A DNA stretch of 64,000 bases from Lama guanicoe (Eukaryota): assembly GCA_013239625.1 (NCBI GenBank), contig MU053482.1, forward strand, positions 248,001 to 312,000, in the 5' to 3' direction. The notes beneath the pieces were generated by a model. That model ran no database searches. It was not told the DNA's origin and was given only the letters and a program-made list of their open reading frames with translations. This document shows positions 1 to 12,289 of the stretch, in pieces; positions within the stretch are counted from its first letter, which is position 1, and every line of letters begins with the position of its first letter. The position numbers were made by a program, and so were the translations under genes.

Positions 1-865
1 AAAACAAAAAAGAAAAAGGAGAGAAAAAGATCTATATTTTCTTGCCCTCCTCTCCCACCTTTTATGATTTTGATATCTTTTTTTAACATCTTCATGTTTA
101 TTCTCTTGCAACTCATTGTATTTATTGCCTTTCCAGTTACAGTTTTCTCCCTTCTATAGCATCCTGCTTCTTTTCTATTTAAAGTAGAACTTTCAAAATA
201 TCTTTTAGGATAGGTTTAGCATTGCTGAATTCTTCTCGTTTTTGCTTGTCTGTACATTGTCAAGTGCTAGGGCCCACCATACCGAGCAGCGAGCTTGCAG
301 CCACACGCCTGAATCTGTGGTGCACCACAGGGTCAGCGCAGACCCCGGCCTGCTTCCGCATACGGTACACAGGCCTGTTGTAAACACCCGTACTCACCCC
401 CGCTGTGTGCCAGAGCTCCACTCACTGCCTGTTCGTCCCAGAGGCGCGGGTCCACAAAGGGTCCAGAGGGAGCAAATCCACCCTCTCTGCTTGGGGCTGT
501 AAACAAATCTCAGTCCCGCCTGTGAAGTTGCAGGGCCACTGGGTATGGATTCAGCTTTTAGCCCCACCTCCGCGCAGTAGTGATGGCTGTGACGGAGCCC
601 CACATCTCTTCTCGCGAGAACACACCAACAATGGAGCCAAGGAGAGACAGCAGCGGTGACACAGCTGTGTTGCACTCCTCTGCACCCATGCACACCAGCA
701 GTGGTGCTTTTTTATGGGAGTCCCAGGCTGTTCTGTTCCATACACAGCCTCCAGCCAGACCTCACACTGCCCTCCAATCCCCTGAGGCTACTTCTGTGCA
801 GTGGGCCCCAGCCCTGTGCCCGGGCTCATCAGTGATCTCCAGCAGCCAGTCCTAGCGTGCCCCTG
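1..865 (-). mobile_element. LINE-1 fragment(s), antisense: ORF1-end/inter-ORF-like piece (1-250) joined to GC-rich 5'UTR-like piece
   Basis: 190-255 'CTTTCAAAATATCTTTTAGGATAGGTTTAGCATTGCTGAATTCTTCTCGTTTTTGCTTGTCTG' resembles the antisense L1 ORF1 3' end. The 5'UTR call for 255-865 rests on general resemblance only. Confidence 0.5.
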
Positions 866-870
866 CCAGC

Positions 871-2005
871 TTCATATAACTGGAGGATTCCTATCTCAGT
901 TCTAAATAAAAATTCCTCCCATCTCTGCCAAATGCATCTCAGACTGGACAGGCTGGACCAAACAGAATAGTGATTGCTGATACTGTGTGAAGGTCCAGTC
1001 TATCATGTGTGAGACCATAAGACTACTTGATATGAAGAAAAAGTTAGAGACTTTCCTCAAAGAATACTTCAAACGTTCCAAAATATTTCAACATCTTACA
1101 GCAGTCTACACGGAAAAAGGCCAACTGGAATGGCTTACTCATGAGATTTCCAAATGCAGTGAGGGCACTTGCGTCTTCCAAGTTGAGAGTGCACACTGCC
1201 GCAATGAAGGACATCCCTTGGACATGACCAACATTGGATCAGTAACATGAATATGCTCCTAAGATCCTGTAGAAGACATTTTGATACGGACTATCCTTCT
1301 GAAAGATGTAGAGAGACAGAAAGACATAGGATATGTCCAGCTTAATTCTAGACCAGCACCTGGACCATCAAAAGATATAAATTCTGTATCATAGAGAATG
1401 TTATGCTTAGAGAGAACTTGTTTCATTGAAGCTTTCCCACGATTTCTTTCCTCTCGGGAGGAATACTGCATAAAGTTCAGGAGCGATATTTAGTCCACTT
1501 ACTACAGCTAGACTCCAAGCTTCACCTTTTTCCTACAATGAATTACTTTCCAGTTGGCAGTATTTCACTGGCTCAAATTACCATTGCATTTGCAATATTT
1601 TCTTTGTAATTTTTTTAATATACTGCTTTAATTCCTCAATTTTAAGATTCAGCTCAAAGGTCTCATGTTCTTGTCAGTGAGGTTAAATCTTCTTCCACAG
1701 ATTTGGCAGGAAAATTTTCTTGGAGTAGGCAAAGATCTCAACAGGACCCAAAAGCAATCATCAATCATATGATGGCTCATCCTCAAGAATCAGAGTGGTG
1801 GTAGAAGGTGGCTCAAATTCAAAATTCTTCTGTCTCGAAGACTGAAGCGGTGATTTATAGGTCCTCCTGTTGGTGCTTTGTTTTCCTGCTGAATGGCTTT
1901 TTGGATTTTCTGAAGTTTCTTTCTGGGAGGGACTTTATCAAATCATTTCCAACCAGGAGCACTGTGGACAACTGATCTGGGCTCCTTTTATACTTTTTGG
2001 AAATG
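871..2005 (-). pseudogene. TBC1D12: Processed pseudogene of TBC1D12 (Rab-GAP TBC domain)
   Basis: Manual minus-strand translation across frameshifts gives [136 protein letters not shown] and FLFRTEIGILQLYE. These are colinear with recalled TBC1D12, and diagnostic residues favour TBC1D12 over TBC1D14. No introns; several stops and frameshifts. Confidence 0.88.
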
Positions 2006-2199
2006 GTTTCAGATAAGCAGGAGCAAGTAGCGGGGCGCTCTGGAAGAGGAGGGGGAGAATCAAGCCCTCTGACTCCCAGCTGCTTCAAGTTCATGGTCTT
2101 TGGTGTCTGCAGCCTCCAGGCAGCTGCTTTACAGAGGACAGGCTGCCCATACCAGCAGCGACCTCATCACCCACCCCCTATAGGTAGACATGACCGAAG

Positions 2200-3330
2200 G
2201 GACAAGGGAAGAGGCTCCCTGCCCACCTGGGGAAACTGTTGCTGGTGCCTGACCAGTCACTTTCAGGGACTTTATGGAGACTTTATGGAGTGAGTTGACT
2301 TTATGGAGACAGTACTGGAAAAGCCCTCATGGTACCTGGCTTCTAGGGTCCAGCTGGTAAGGGAGATGACTTCCATGACTGGCCAGGAGCCTAGAGGTGT
2401 CTTGAGGACTTTGAGAAGATAGGAAGTCACCCCAAATGCATAGGTACTACAGATGAAATCTGGTGGGTAGGGTTTCTTGGATGTGGCTTCCCAGCCTCAG
2501 GACAGCAAGTAATAGAGGCCTCTAGAAGTCCAGCCTGAGATTCCTTAAAAAATCTCCAGCAGAACAAACTTAATGAAGGACTTCATGATAAATTAATATT
2601 CTTGCTGTACCTATGTAAATAATCAGGCCAGATCTAATAAGGCCAGGTTCGTTTTGTGATCAGGTGTCTTTGAGACTCTTTTTGATCAAAAATGGAGAAA
2701 CTGTAAGGATAAAAAAAAATGTGCTTAAGTAGAAAATTAGGTGTTATCATCCAAAAGCACACCTGGGTTGTCTGACTCTGTGAATTGTAGCTAGCTGACA
2801 GCAATGCCAAATAATTCTTGTCCATAGACACACAAATTCCGTTCAGGGGAGAAACAAACAAAATAAGCAATGTTTGCTCTATTTGTGCATTTATTTTAAT
2901 ATCTCTGACCTCTAACTTTGTCTGTTCTTGGTAATCTCCTTTGACCTGGTTGTAAAACTTCACTTGGTTCCTCATGAATGCGTTACATAAAATCTTCAAC
3001 AAGAATGTACTCATTCTTGTATCTGTATAAGAGTCATGATTTTAACCTGCTTTTGAAAATTATCTTGTAATGTCTACTTGGAGCTAAACCACCATTCAGT
3101 GGCTGATGTGTGCCCTGAGTTTGTGCCTTGGCCACAGAGGGCTTAGAGACCTTCAGACAGCAGTGTCAAAGAGACTTTTGAGGCAGCCCGGTTTGGTGGC
3201 CTTCCAAAGAACCTACCCCAGGAACTTTCTAGAAGCTTTATGGTGGCATCCCTGTTCGGAAGCCTCTTGGTGTTTTTTCTGTTCTTCTGTTTGAAATAGC
3301 CTGGGACTTTCTGGCAGACACTGTCCTGGC
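2200..3330. mobile_element. ERV1 (MER4-group-like) internal sequence fragment
   Basis: 'CTGAGATTCCTTAAAAAATCTCCAGCAG...TTCTTGCTGTACCTATGTAAATAATCAGGCCAG' resembles recalled MER4-group internal consensus. Boundaries approximate. Confidence 0.5.
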
Positions 3331-4334
3331 TCCTCTTAAAAGGCTGTGTACACCCCAAAAGCATACTTCATGGAAGATGTACAAATTCAAGACCCTCATA
3401 GTCTGACTCTCATGAGAACGAGATAGTGCTGGAACACTGCCACATAGGGTTTCATAAATGTGTTTAAATTAGAGCCATGGAAAGCTTCATGCTTGTGTCT
3501 AGATGGCAGGTAGACGGGGTCAAATTTTCCTCAAGGAAGGAACCCCACACAGTCAAGCACATCATAAAGACCCAGGAGGGCACATATTGTGGTCAAATGG
3601 GTGTGTGAAGACGCGGGTGGTCTGAGCTGCACACGTATCCTTTGCATTCTTCCAGCAGGCCATTACCACATCACCCGTGAACTGACCTGGGATGTATTAG
3701 CCATCTCCAAAGTTAGATGCACACGTCTCAGGGCTTATTCAAGACAGCCTCCTTAATTTCTATTTTTGTTGTGTTTAATATATTAGTACATGCATATAAT
3801 GTGTAAATATACATGTATTGAGGTTACATGTCCAACTTTTTTCTCACAGGATGTGCAATCAAGATTAGAAAAATAGTAGGATGTACCATGAGAACAGCTT
3901 GCTGCTGGGTTCCCGGGTGTCCTCACCAAACTGGTGCTAGGAAGGTTTGGCCATTGTGCAGGTTTATCTCATAATACATTCGGAGGAAGCATGCCAGCCT
4001 TCCTGATTATATTCCTGAGAGTTTGTTCTCAGAAAGTAAGGACTGCATTTTGCTCATTTCTCTGTTTCTAATATGGCAAAAGGTGCTTGGCACAAAGTAA
4101 ATACTCAATATTTGTTGAATGAATTTCATAGTGCTTTAACTCAAAATCCTGTTTTGACCAATCATTCCTCACTGTATTGCCCTTCATGGCTTAGAAACTG
4201 GAAAACTTATTTTTGTAACACAGATGTGGATGAACATAGTCACCAAGAGTTATGTGAAAGTTTCCTTAAAATGCCAAACTTCAGAAATTCTGTTAGTCCC
4301 ATACACTCTTGCCAGAGCCATATTCAGTTCTACT

Positions 4335-4448
4335 TAGGGTACCCAACCATCCCAGTTTGCCTGAGACTGAATGGTTTCTTGGGACAGGAAATTTTTGGTG
4401 TTAAAACAGGGACAGTCTTGAGCAGACCAGGATGGGTTGGTCATCCTG
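4335..4448. mobile_element. hAT-Blackjack MITE, MER81-like
   Basis: 114 bp with terminal inverted repeats TAGGGTACCCAACCATCC...GGATGGGTTGGTCATCCTG. Confidence 0.7.
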
Positions 4449-4574
4449 GTCCCACTAGGCACCAAGCCTCTATAAGGACTGTTTCTTTTTCTCTACAATA
4501 AGCTGTAAATGAACAGCAGCGTGTGAACGTCAGCTTTCTATGCACCCTAGAAAGCAAGATGACAAACAGTACAC

Positions 4575-4673
4575 CTCAGTGGTGGAGCATGTGCTTAGCG
4601 TGAACAAAGTCCTGCATTCAATCCCAATTAGCGGTACCGCCATTTAATTAAAAAAGAAAAGAAAAGAAAAGAA
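4575..4673 (+). mobile_element. tRNA-Ala-derived SINE (Vic-1-like), 5'-truncated
   Basis: CTCAGTGGTGGAGCATGTGCTTAGC...TTCAATCCC followed by an A-rich (GAAAA)n tail. Confidence 0.7.
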
Positions 4674-7600
4674 ATGTGAGTTTCAACAGTAAAAAGAGGC
4701 CTTCTAAAATTAAAATGCTGTAGGCTGAAAAAAAAAAAGCGGTTGGTGATTATATAGGGTGTGGCCATCTTGTCTTATTTTTCCCCAGCGAAGATGCCTG
4801 TCTTTTCATTCTGTCTGTTCAGACATTGCCCTGGTTTGTAGATACTCTGTGCAGAATAAGTATTTATGTCTTAAAAGCCAGTGCTTAGGATCCATGCCAT
4901 CACCACCCACCTCGACCATGTCACCTCTTTATTTAGCTTTAGCTCTCTCTGAGTAAGTCAGATGCCTGCAGTTTTATTTTCCTCCGTGTGCTGACATGGA
5001 GATGAGCCTGCCCAGCTGGAAGGTAGGAGTGCTCCATCATTAAAGCTCTGTCAAGGGAGGAATGGCTGCTGGCAGAGACTTGAGCTCTAACCAAAGATTA
5101 TCTATCTTTTGCATTTTGGGGCTTCTCAGCACAATCTGAAAGCACTTGATTTGGATGCTGCCAAAATAAAGTTACAGTCTCAAGACACTATTTCCTGTAA
5201 ACCAGATGAGGCACTCTCACTAAATTGAGTCTCTTCAGCTCTTCTCTGAATTCTCCACATGTCAGCATAGAATTGCTTCCATCTTTCTACCTCTACATCA
5301 CTATCATAAATTTCATTCTCATTTCTGACGGCTTTTATTTACCTGAATCTATACTGTATTGTTGTTTCACATTTTTATTTACTTTTTTCTAGTCACCAAA
5401 GTCATATTTACTTATTGCAAAAAAATAACTTGACTTGGAAACTAAGAAAAAAAGTATAAAGAAGAAAACATGTGACCTGTCCTCTCATCACTGTTAACAT
5501 TTTAGCCTAGTCTTTTCCGTCTTAGGCAGATTTTAATTTTAAAACATAGCTGGGATCCTACTGCATAAATGGTTTGGTTTTCTGATATTTTAACCACTAT
5601 ATTTTGAGAATTTTCTTATATAAAGTTATCTTGTAGAATCATTTTTGACAGCTGAATAAAATTTCATAATTGTGAATGTTGTATTTTCCTTTGTACATAT
5701 TTCCTATGCTCATTGCTTAACTCTTTATAATAAAATTTTCCTGGGCCCTACATATGATAATAGTCACAAGAGAAAAAGGAAAGAAAGAAAAGCAAAAATT
5801 TAAACAAAGAAAAAAATTACATAATTCTTAATTCAAGATTTCTGCTCATACTTCTGCTGTGAACTAGACACACAGTTTGATCAAGAAATATATAATTTTG
5901 TTTTGATAATGATTATGTGAAGTAATTATATATGTTTAAAAGAAAGAAATAGAGAGTTATTTTACTTATAGCCTGAGTGTTTCTAAGTTAAAGTTTACCC
6001 CTTTTTATTAACAAAAGTAATGCATATTCATAAATGCAAATAATTAGAGAAGTATAGAAAATTAAAAATATGTCTTTCTCCATCCCACCACCAAAAAGTA
6101 GATAGTTTTCTATGGCATAGATGTTATATGCTTTATATACTCATATGTTTTTAATGGAATCACACAATTCATACTGTTCTACATTTGCTCTCTAAGTTAA
6201 CAACATCAGTGACATCTTTTCACACATTAACATATTCAATATTTTACACATTTTAATTTTTATTTTTCTTATCTTATTACATTGAGTAAAACCTCCAGAA
6301 TAATACTGAATAGTGACCATCATCATGGACTTCCTTGTCTAGACATGTAAAGGTCCCTTTGCATTAGTGGGTTCAATATTTATCACCTGTTCACTGAACG
6401 GAAAGGAGGCTGCTTTGGTGGTGGGGGACAGTTTTTCACTCTTCTACAGATGTATCTCACGCCTGCCACACTTCTCACCTCTGTGAAGTCTGTACCGTCA
6501 TCTAGGGATCAGCAAGTCCCCAGTGCCAAAACCTGTTCTCCCATGAGATTGCCAGGTGGTGACACCATCTTTTAAGGACTTCCCCTAAAGGATACCATTT
6601 GGGTTTTTTCCCTTTTGCTAATATTGTCTCTGTTCTCTGATCCCTTAGTGTATCCCTGGGGCATCAACTACCTGAGGTCCACATCATGTTCTGCAAATTT
6701 TAAAGGCAAATTCTATCAAATCAAAGAGGTAATTCCTACTTTATGTAAAACATCCCTCCATGTGTCAGTTTTAGAATAGAGAAGATCAGAAATAATGAAA
6801 AAATTGAATTTAGCAAAGGAAATTGGATAGAAGTCAAGGTTTTAGATGTGAGAGAGGACAGTGGAGACTGGAAACAAAACACTGAAGCTGTAAGCACTTA
6901 TACCTGTGCTGATTGTAAATTGATGCTTTTAGCTCTGAATTATTCCGTTTGAAATGTTTATGTTTAATCTTCCTGCCCATGGAGGAAAGGAATGTCTTCC
7001 AGGTATTGGGGACAGGAGGGGTTATTAAGATAATATTTCCCAAATATGTTTGCTTAAATAGATGCCTTCTAAGCAAATGTTTGAAAATAGTTCATTGGGA
7101 ACATGAAATTTCCATTCAGAAATATGAGAAACTCCTTTTTGAAACTTATTTTTTGAAGAGTGCATTTTGACTGGAACAAATGTGTGAGTTACATGTGTGA
7201 GAAGTTGAGAAGTTACAAATTTTATCAGTTCTAGTTAAATGTGTGATTTACTGGTGAAAACTTTTTTGTACTATTAGCATCATGTATCACAAAATGATCT
7301 ATGGTTCTCAAGTATGCTGCAATAAGATGGACTCCATTCAAGGAAAGGAACTTGCCACCATGAGTTAAATCATGTCTAACGTCATAACTTTTTTGTTCAG
7401 AATAGCTTTTTTCATGAATTTTCTCTTTCAGGGATAATTATGATCTTGATAGACTGAAACAAGCAATATATTGGGGGAAAAAATAAAGACACTTAAAACG
7501 AAATACACCCAAACAACTGTCGAGAAGTTTCTCCCACACAGAAACTCTAGAAGAGCTGAGAATGGATGGAGTCTTTTGAGCCAGTTAAACATTCTACCTA

Positions 7601-9694
7601 GAAACAGCTGCTTCTGAATCAAGAAGGAGAGGAAATCCATCAGAGCTCCCATTTCAGTAAAATTCCTATATGAGGTTTCTTGAATTAATTTGTACAATTC
7701 CAACTTTGGTAACTTTTATTCTAAATGTTTTGTCTTAAACCCAGAAATATAGCAGTAAAAGTACATAATATAGTAGAACTAAAAGATGTATTCTCTCTCA
7801 ATTTGGGCATTTCCTAACTTGATATTGCTAACTAAAATAGAAAATGTTTATTGGTGAAATAAGTCATTTATGAGTCTTAATTCTGAAAGATGGCTGCATG
7901 TTTCATCTCTGTCATAAAGAAGAAAATTATTATAGAAAACTCATCTGGAGGATATGGAAAGGATATATTTTAATCCACGCAAAGAGCCAGTTGTTATTTA
8001 TACTAAAGCTGAAATGACCGAAATTTCTTACGACGCAAGTTATCTAAATGTTTTCTATTTGCTTTAAATAAAAAATTTACAATATCTCATTTGATATTTG
8101 GTGAACTAAATGTAAATGATAACATGAGATAAAAACTTAGGTATCTTTTGTGAATTGATTTTGTGACAATTAGCCGGATGTATAGACACAGTTCTACACA
8201 AACGTGCTCATTTAAGTTTTCAGAAACGTACTTTTATTTCTTTCTCTAATAATTTTTAGTATGATTTGAGTGTGTTTTAATGTTATATTAATTTAGTTGT
8301 AACTTGACATTCCTAACTGGTTTTTGGAAATTTATAAAATACGATGCTGAAGTAAAAAATACATGTGTGCATTTGCATATGTATATATATAATATATGTG
8401 TGTATGCGTGTTCACATATATGCAGATGGGCATATATATGCACATGTGTATAGACAGGGAGAGGTCTCCAAACGTCTCCCAAGAAACTGCTAGTCAACTA
8501 ACATAAATATTGATGTGTTTTAAAGTGTGTGTGAGTGTCTGAAAGAAGAAAGCAGGTTCAAGTGATGACTCTAAGGGAAAGTTAAGTCTGTACTTTAATC
8601 TCCCAAAATTGTAAAGGCTAGAGATTTTAGGTAAAATTCTGTCAATACATGTTTGTCTGAAATATCTACTAGTTACTATGCTCTATTAGTTGGATGAGAA
8701 TGCCTCATCAGGAGCTAGGTGCTTTATGATGCCAGCAATCCCCTGGATGAAATCATGTTTTCCTTTCATTTTCAGAGATATTTGTGTTACATTCGGATGA
8801 TTCCTACATCCTGTTTGGATCTATATTCTATGAAGTCAATTTTAAGTTCCTTAAAACGTGGGGAGGGAAATGATGCGTGTTTGTTACACACGCCCCACAT
8901 TTGCTCTGCCTGTGCATTTTTCTTGTCATCTCATCATCTTGGAAAAAATTCTAAAGTAGGAGAGAGGAGCATAAATGCAAACTCCATCCATCTTTGATGA
9001 AACTAGGAAACGTCTGAAAGCCCAAACCACACGTAAGAAGTGCTGCCAACAGCAGCGAAGATCAAAGCTAAGATAGTCACAACAGCAAATCACAAAGACA
9101 AAGACAGGCGCAGAGTCAGCAGAACACAGGGTGAACGCACACATGCTGAAGCGCAGAGGAAACATAATTTGGCTTATAGCAATGAGAAGAGTCCACGGGC
9201 TGTTGGGCTGAGCCTCCTTAAAACTAGTTTGATGCTTATACAGAGTAGAACTTGCAGAGGCGACAGAGAAATCAAAGAGACAACCATCTTGCAGCAAGCA
9301 ATTTCTGGGAGCAGAAGAAAAACTCTGCATTGTTAATTCCTCCTGTGGTGGCTGGAGCAATGGAGCTCCGGGCAAAGCCCGGCCCCTGCCCCCGGGGGCC
9401 AGGACAATGGGAATGCTGGGAGATGAGACAAATGTGGCAATTCTGAGGGTAGTGGCCAAGGGCCTGGGGGCAGGCCGGGGGAGTGGACTGTCGTAAGGTG
9501 GACCCAGTGCATTCTTCTTAGAAAAGTATTTGAGGTTAAGTCACTATTAACCAAAGAATGTAGAAATTATGTGTCCGACTAGAGAGAAAATTAGAATCAA
9601 ATTGAGAGATGAAATATGCAAGGATGAGTGTGAGAGGGAAAAACAAATCATGAAAACTCCACAGAGGAAGAAGATAGAGGGGAGATAGAAGGAG

Positions 9695-10205
9695 CCAGGC
9701 TGCATTATGACTTCCGTGGGCCCTGGGTGATTTTGCCCTCATGGGCTCCTTCCTCTGTTAAAAAAAAAGGAAAAAAAAATATCCTTCCAGTTTCATTGAG
9801 ATATAATTGACACACAACACTGTAACCATTTAAGGTGTACAACATGATTTTCTCTTGTGATGAGAACTCTTAGGATTCCTCTCTTTCAGATTTAACACAC
9901 AGCAGTGTGAATTATAGTTATCATGTTGTACATTACCTCCCTAGTACTTATTTATAATTGGACGTTTGTACCTTTTGACCACTTTCCTCCAATTCCCTTG
10001 CTCCCCACCCTGGTAACCAAGTATTTAGTTATATTTCATAACCATGTTATATAATGACTGTATTAATATCATATATTAAAATGCTTCTGTTACCAAAAAG
10101 TTTTTCTTTTCCCTCTGATTTAAAAAAAAAATTAAAGCATTGTCATGGGCCCAGGAAGGATTGTGGGTCCCAGGCTCTGTCTCTGCTAAGCCTTAGTCCC
10201 CCTGG
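9695..10205. mobile_element. Non-autonomous hAT-type DNA element interrupted by an antisense L1 3' end (~9788-10020)
   Basis: GGGCCC-rich ends with an AT-rich core. The insert 'TTGAGATATAATTGACACACAACACTG...TTAAGGTGTACAACATGAT' is a typical antisense L1 3'UTR. Confidence 0.45.
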
Positions 10206-11417
10206 GAAGACACAGCAGAGCTCACAGAAGGACCACAAACAAGGCTCAGTGTGAGCCAGCTCCTTCAGGGCAGGTTCTTGTTCATCCTTGTGTCCCTAGC
10301 ACCTCACTGGAATAAATGTGATAACTCTCCAAATACTCAGTGAGCACCTACTCTGTGCCAGGCCCTGCGCTAAGTGCTGGGAATACAAGGATGAGACGCT
10401 GCCCTTGCCTTCCACGTTGGTTCCAGCGCCAAGTGGACTGTGTCTATTAGGAATCTTTCAGCTGCCTGGAAAATCAAATGCGTTAAAAAAAAAAAAAACT
10501 AAAACCGAAGTTAAGTAAAAGGCATATTTATTAGTTCACGTAAATGAAAATGTCCTTGGTAAAAGCTGGTCTCGAGACTGACTGAATTTAGGGATCAAGT
10601 GACCATAACCAAACTACGATGAACGTGAGGCTCTTAGATGCCTGGCACTATTCTGAGCATTTTATGTGAATCCACCCACTCAACTGACAGAAAACCTACC
10701 AGGTAGGTAGTATGAACAGCTCCATTATGCCCAAGAGAAAAGTGCAGTATTCAACTCCTCTCTATCTCCTGGTCCTGCCTTCCCGAGTGGGGGTTTCTTC
10801 TCAGATCCTTATAATGACCCCAAGCTTATTAGCTATTTATGAGAGAAATATTCACAAGAATCTGCAGGACTTAGTGATTCATTGGCTGTAGGGATTGGAG
10901 TGGGGGTGAAGGTCAGGTCTTCGGTGTAACACTATGCAGGGTGATTAACAGAAAAATCATGACTTTTGAGAGAAGCTGACCACAGTTTTTTGGATGCGTT
11001 GATTTAATGTGACAGTCAGATACTCAGATGACTGTATTGTTTAAATCATGTATCAGGTCATTCTAAAAAGTCACTTGCAAAACTTACATAGAAAAAAATA
11101 ATATAACAGAATAGAAAACAGATAGGAGAGGGAATCAGATTGGAGGGAAAATGATTTCTCCTCCGGAGAGCTCCTCTGCAATTACCGCCGCTCCTACTGT
11201 ATTTGGGGCCCCATTTCTGTGCTCCAGCGGTTAACTTATATTTCCCCCATCATAGCACTCATTTAAAACTTTATTACAATTTCCAGTTTAATGTAAGTTC
11301 CACAGGGTCAGCATCCTTGTCTCTGCAACACACTATCCAGCCCCATCACCTAGCACAGCAAATATCAAATGAATGAATGAGTGTGTGAAAAACCTCATTT
11401 AATCCTTGTAACCAGGT

Positions 11418-11492
11418 TGGGGGTGGTATAGCTCAGAGGGAGAGCACAGGCTTAGCATGCACAAGGTCTTGGGTTCAATCTCCAGTACCTCC
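11418..11492 (+). mobile_element. tRNA-Ala-derived SINE (Vic-1-like)
   Basis: GGTATAGCTCAGAGGGAGAGCACAGGCTTAGCATGCACAAGGTCTTGGGTTCAATCTCCAGTACCTCC, with A and B boxes. Confidence 0.75.
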
Positions 11493-12289
11493 TCTGTCAC
11501 TTTTTTACTTTATTTTTATTATTTGCAACTGTAGACGCATCAGGAAGGAATAAAAATGTAACACCTCACCACCCAAGTTAGCCAAACCACTGGGGTCCTA
11601 GGGGTTAGTGTCCAGGAACTCTGAGCCTTCATGTGCTTCTCAATGAGATATCGAGACAATTTATGTGAGAAATATGCCTTTGGGTTCTTAATTTTGTGTG
11701 TGGGTTGAAAGGAAAGAGTTGGGTTTCCAAGGCTTTGGAAATGGAATAAATTTATTTTTCTTTGGGGATAGAGAACTGAGCCTGCTCAGACTAGTCTCTC
11801 TGTGACGGCAGAACCCTAGGAGGAGTGGCTGCTGGGAAGCTGACATGGTCTGCGCACGAAGGCTTAGAAGCCTGCAGAAGAAGCCCTACATTTCTCAAAA
11901 GGAAATGGAGCAACTGCAGAGCCACCCTCCAGGAAGGACCTTTGGTTCAGGGCACACAGCTGGACAAGCAGACCTCCTGGCTGTTAGCTGAGGCACCAGC
12001 CGGGACACTGGTACCCCAACAGTGACATCGTGTGGTCATAAGGAGCAATAGCAGTGGAGATATCCAGTCTGAGAAACAGAGATGGTGTGAACCCCCTGGT
12101 ACAACTGTGTAATCTAAGGAAGGGGAGGAGCCCTAAAGTGACTGATAACAGACGTCCCACCAATCGTGACAGCTGGGGGCTTGGACTCCTCTGATTTAAT
12201 CTGTGAAAATTCTTTTAAAACATCACTGTTGAACTCTGGTCCCACTTTAAATCCCCAATGTCCTCATCTAAAGTCCTTCTCCTTCTCAG

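Noticed and set aside
987..1471. ORFs 987-1250 (+) and 1259-1471 (-)
   Set aside because: Antisense or out-of-frame readings of the TBC1D12 pseudogene.
6340..6690. GC-richer island within L1-like AT-rich DNA, tested as a coding remnant
   Set aside because: The minus-strand frames I translated had stops and no recognisable motif.
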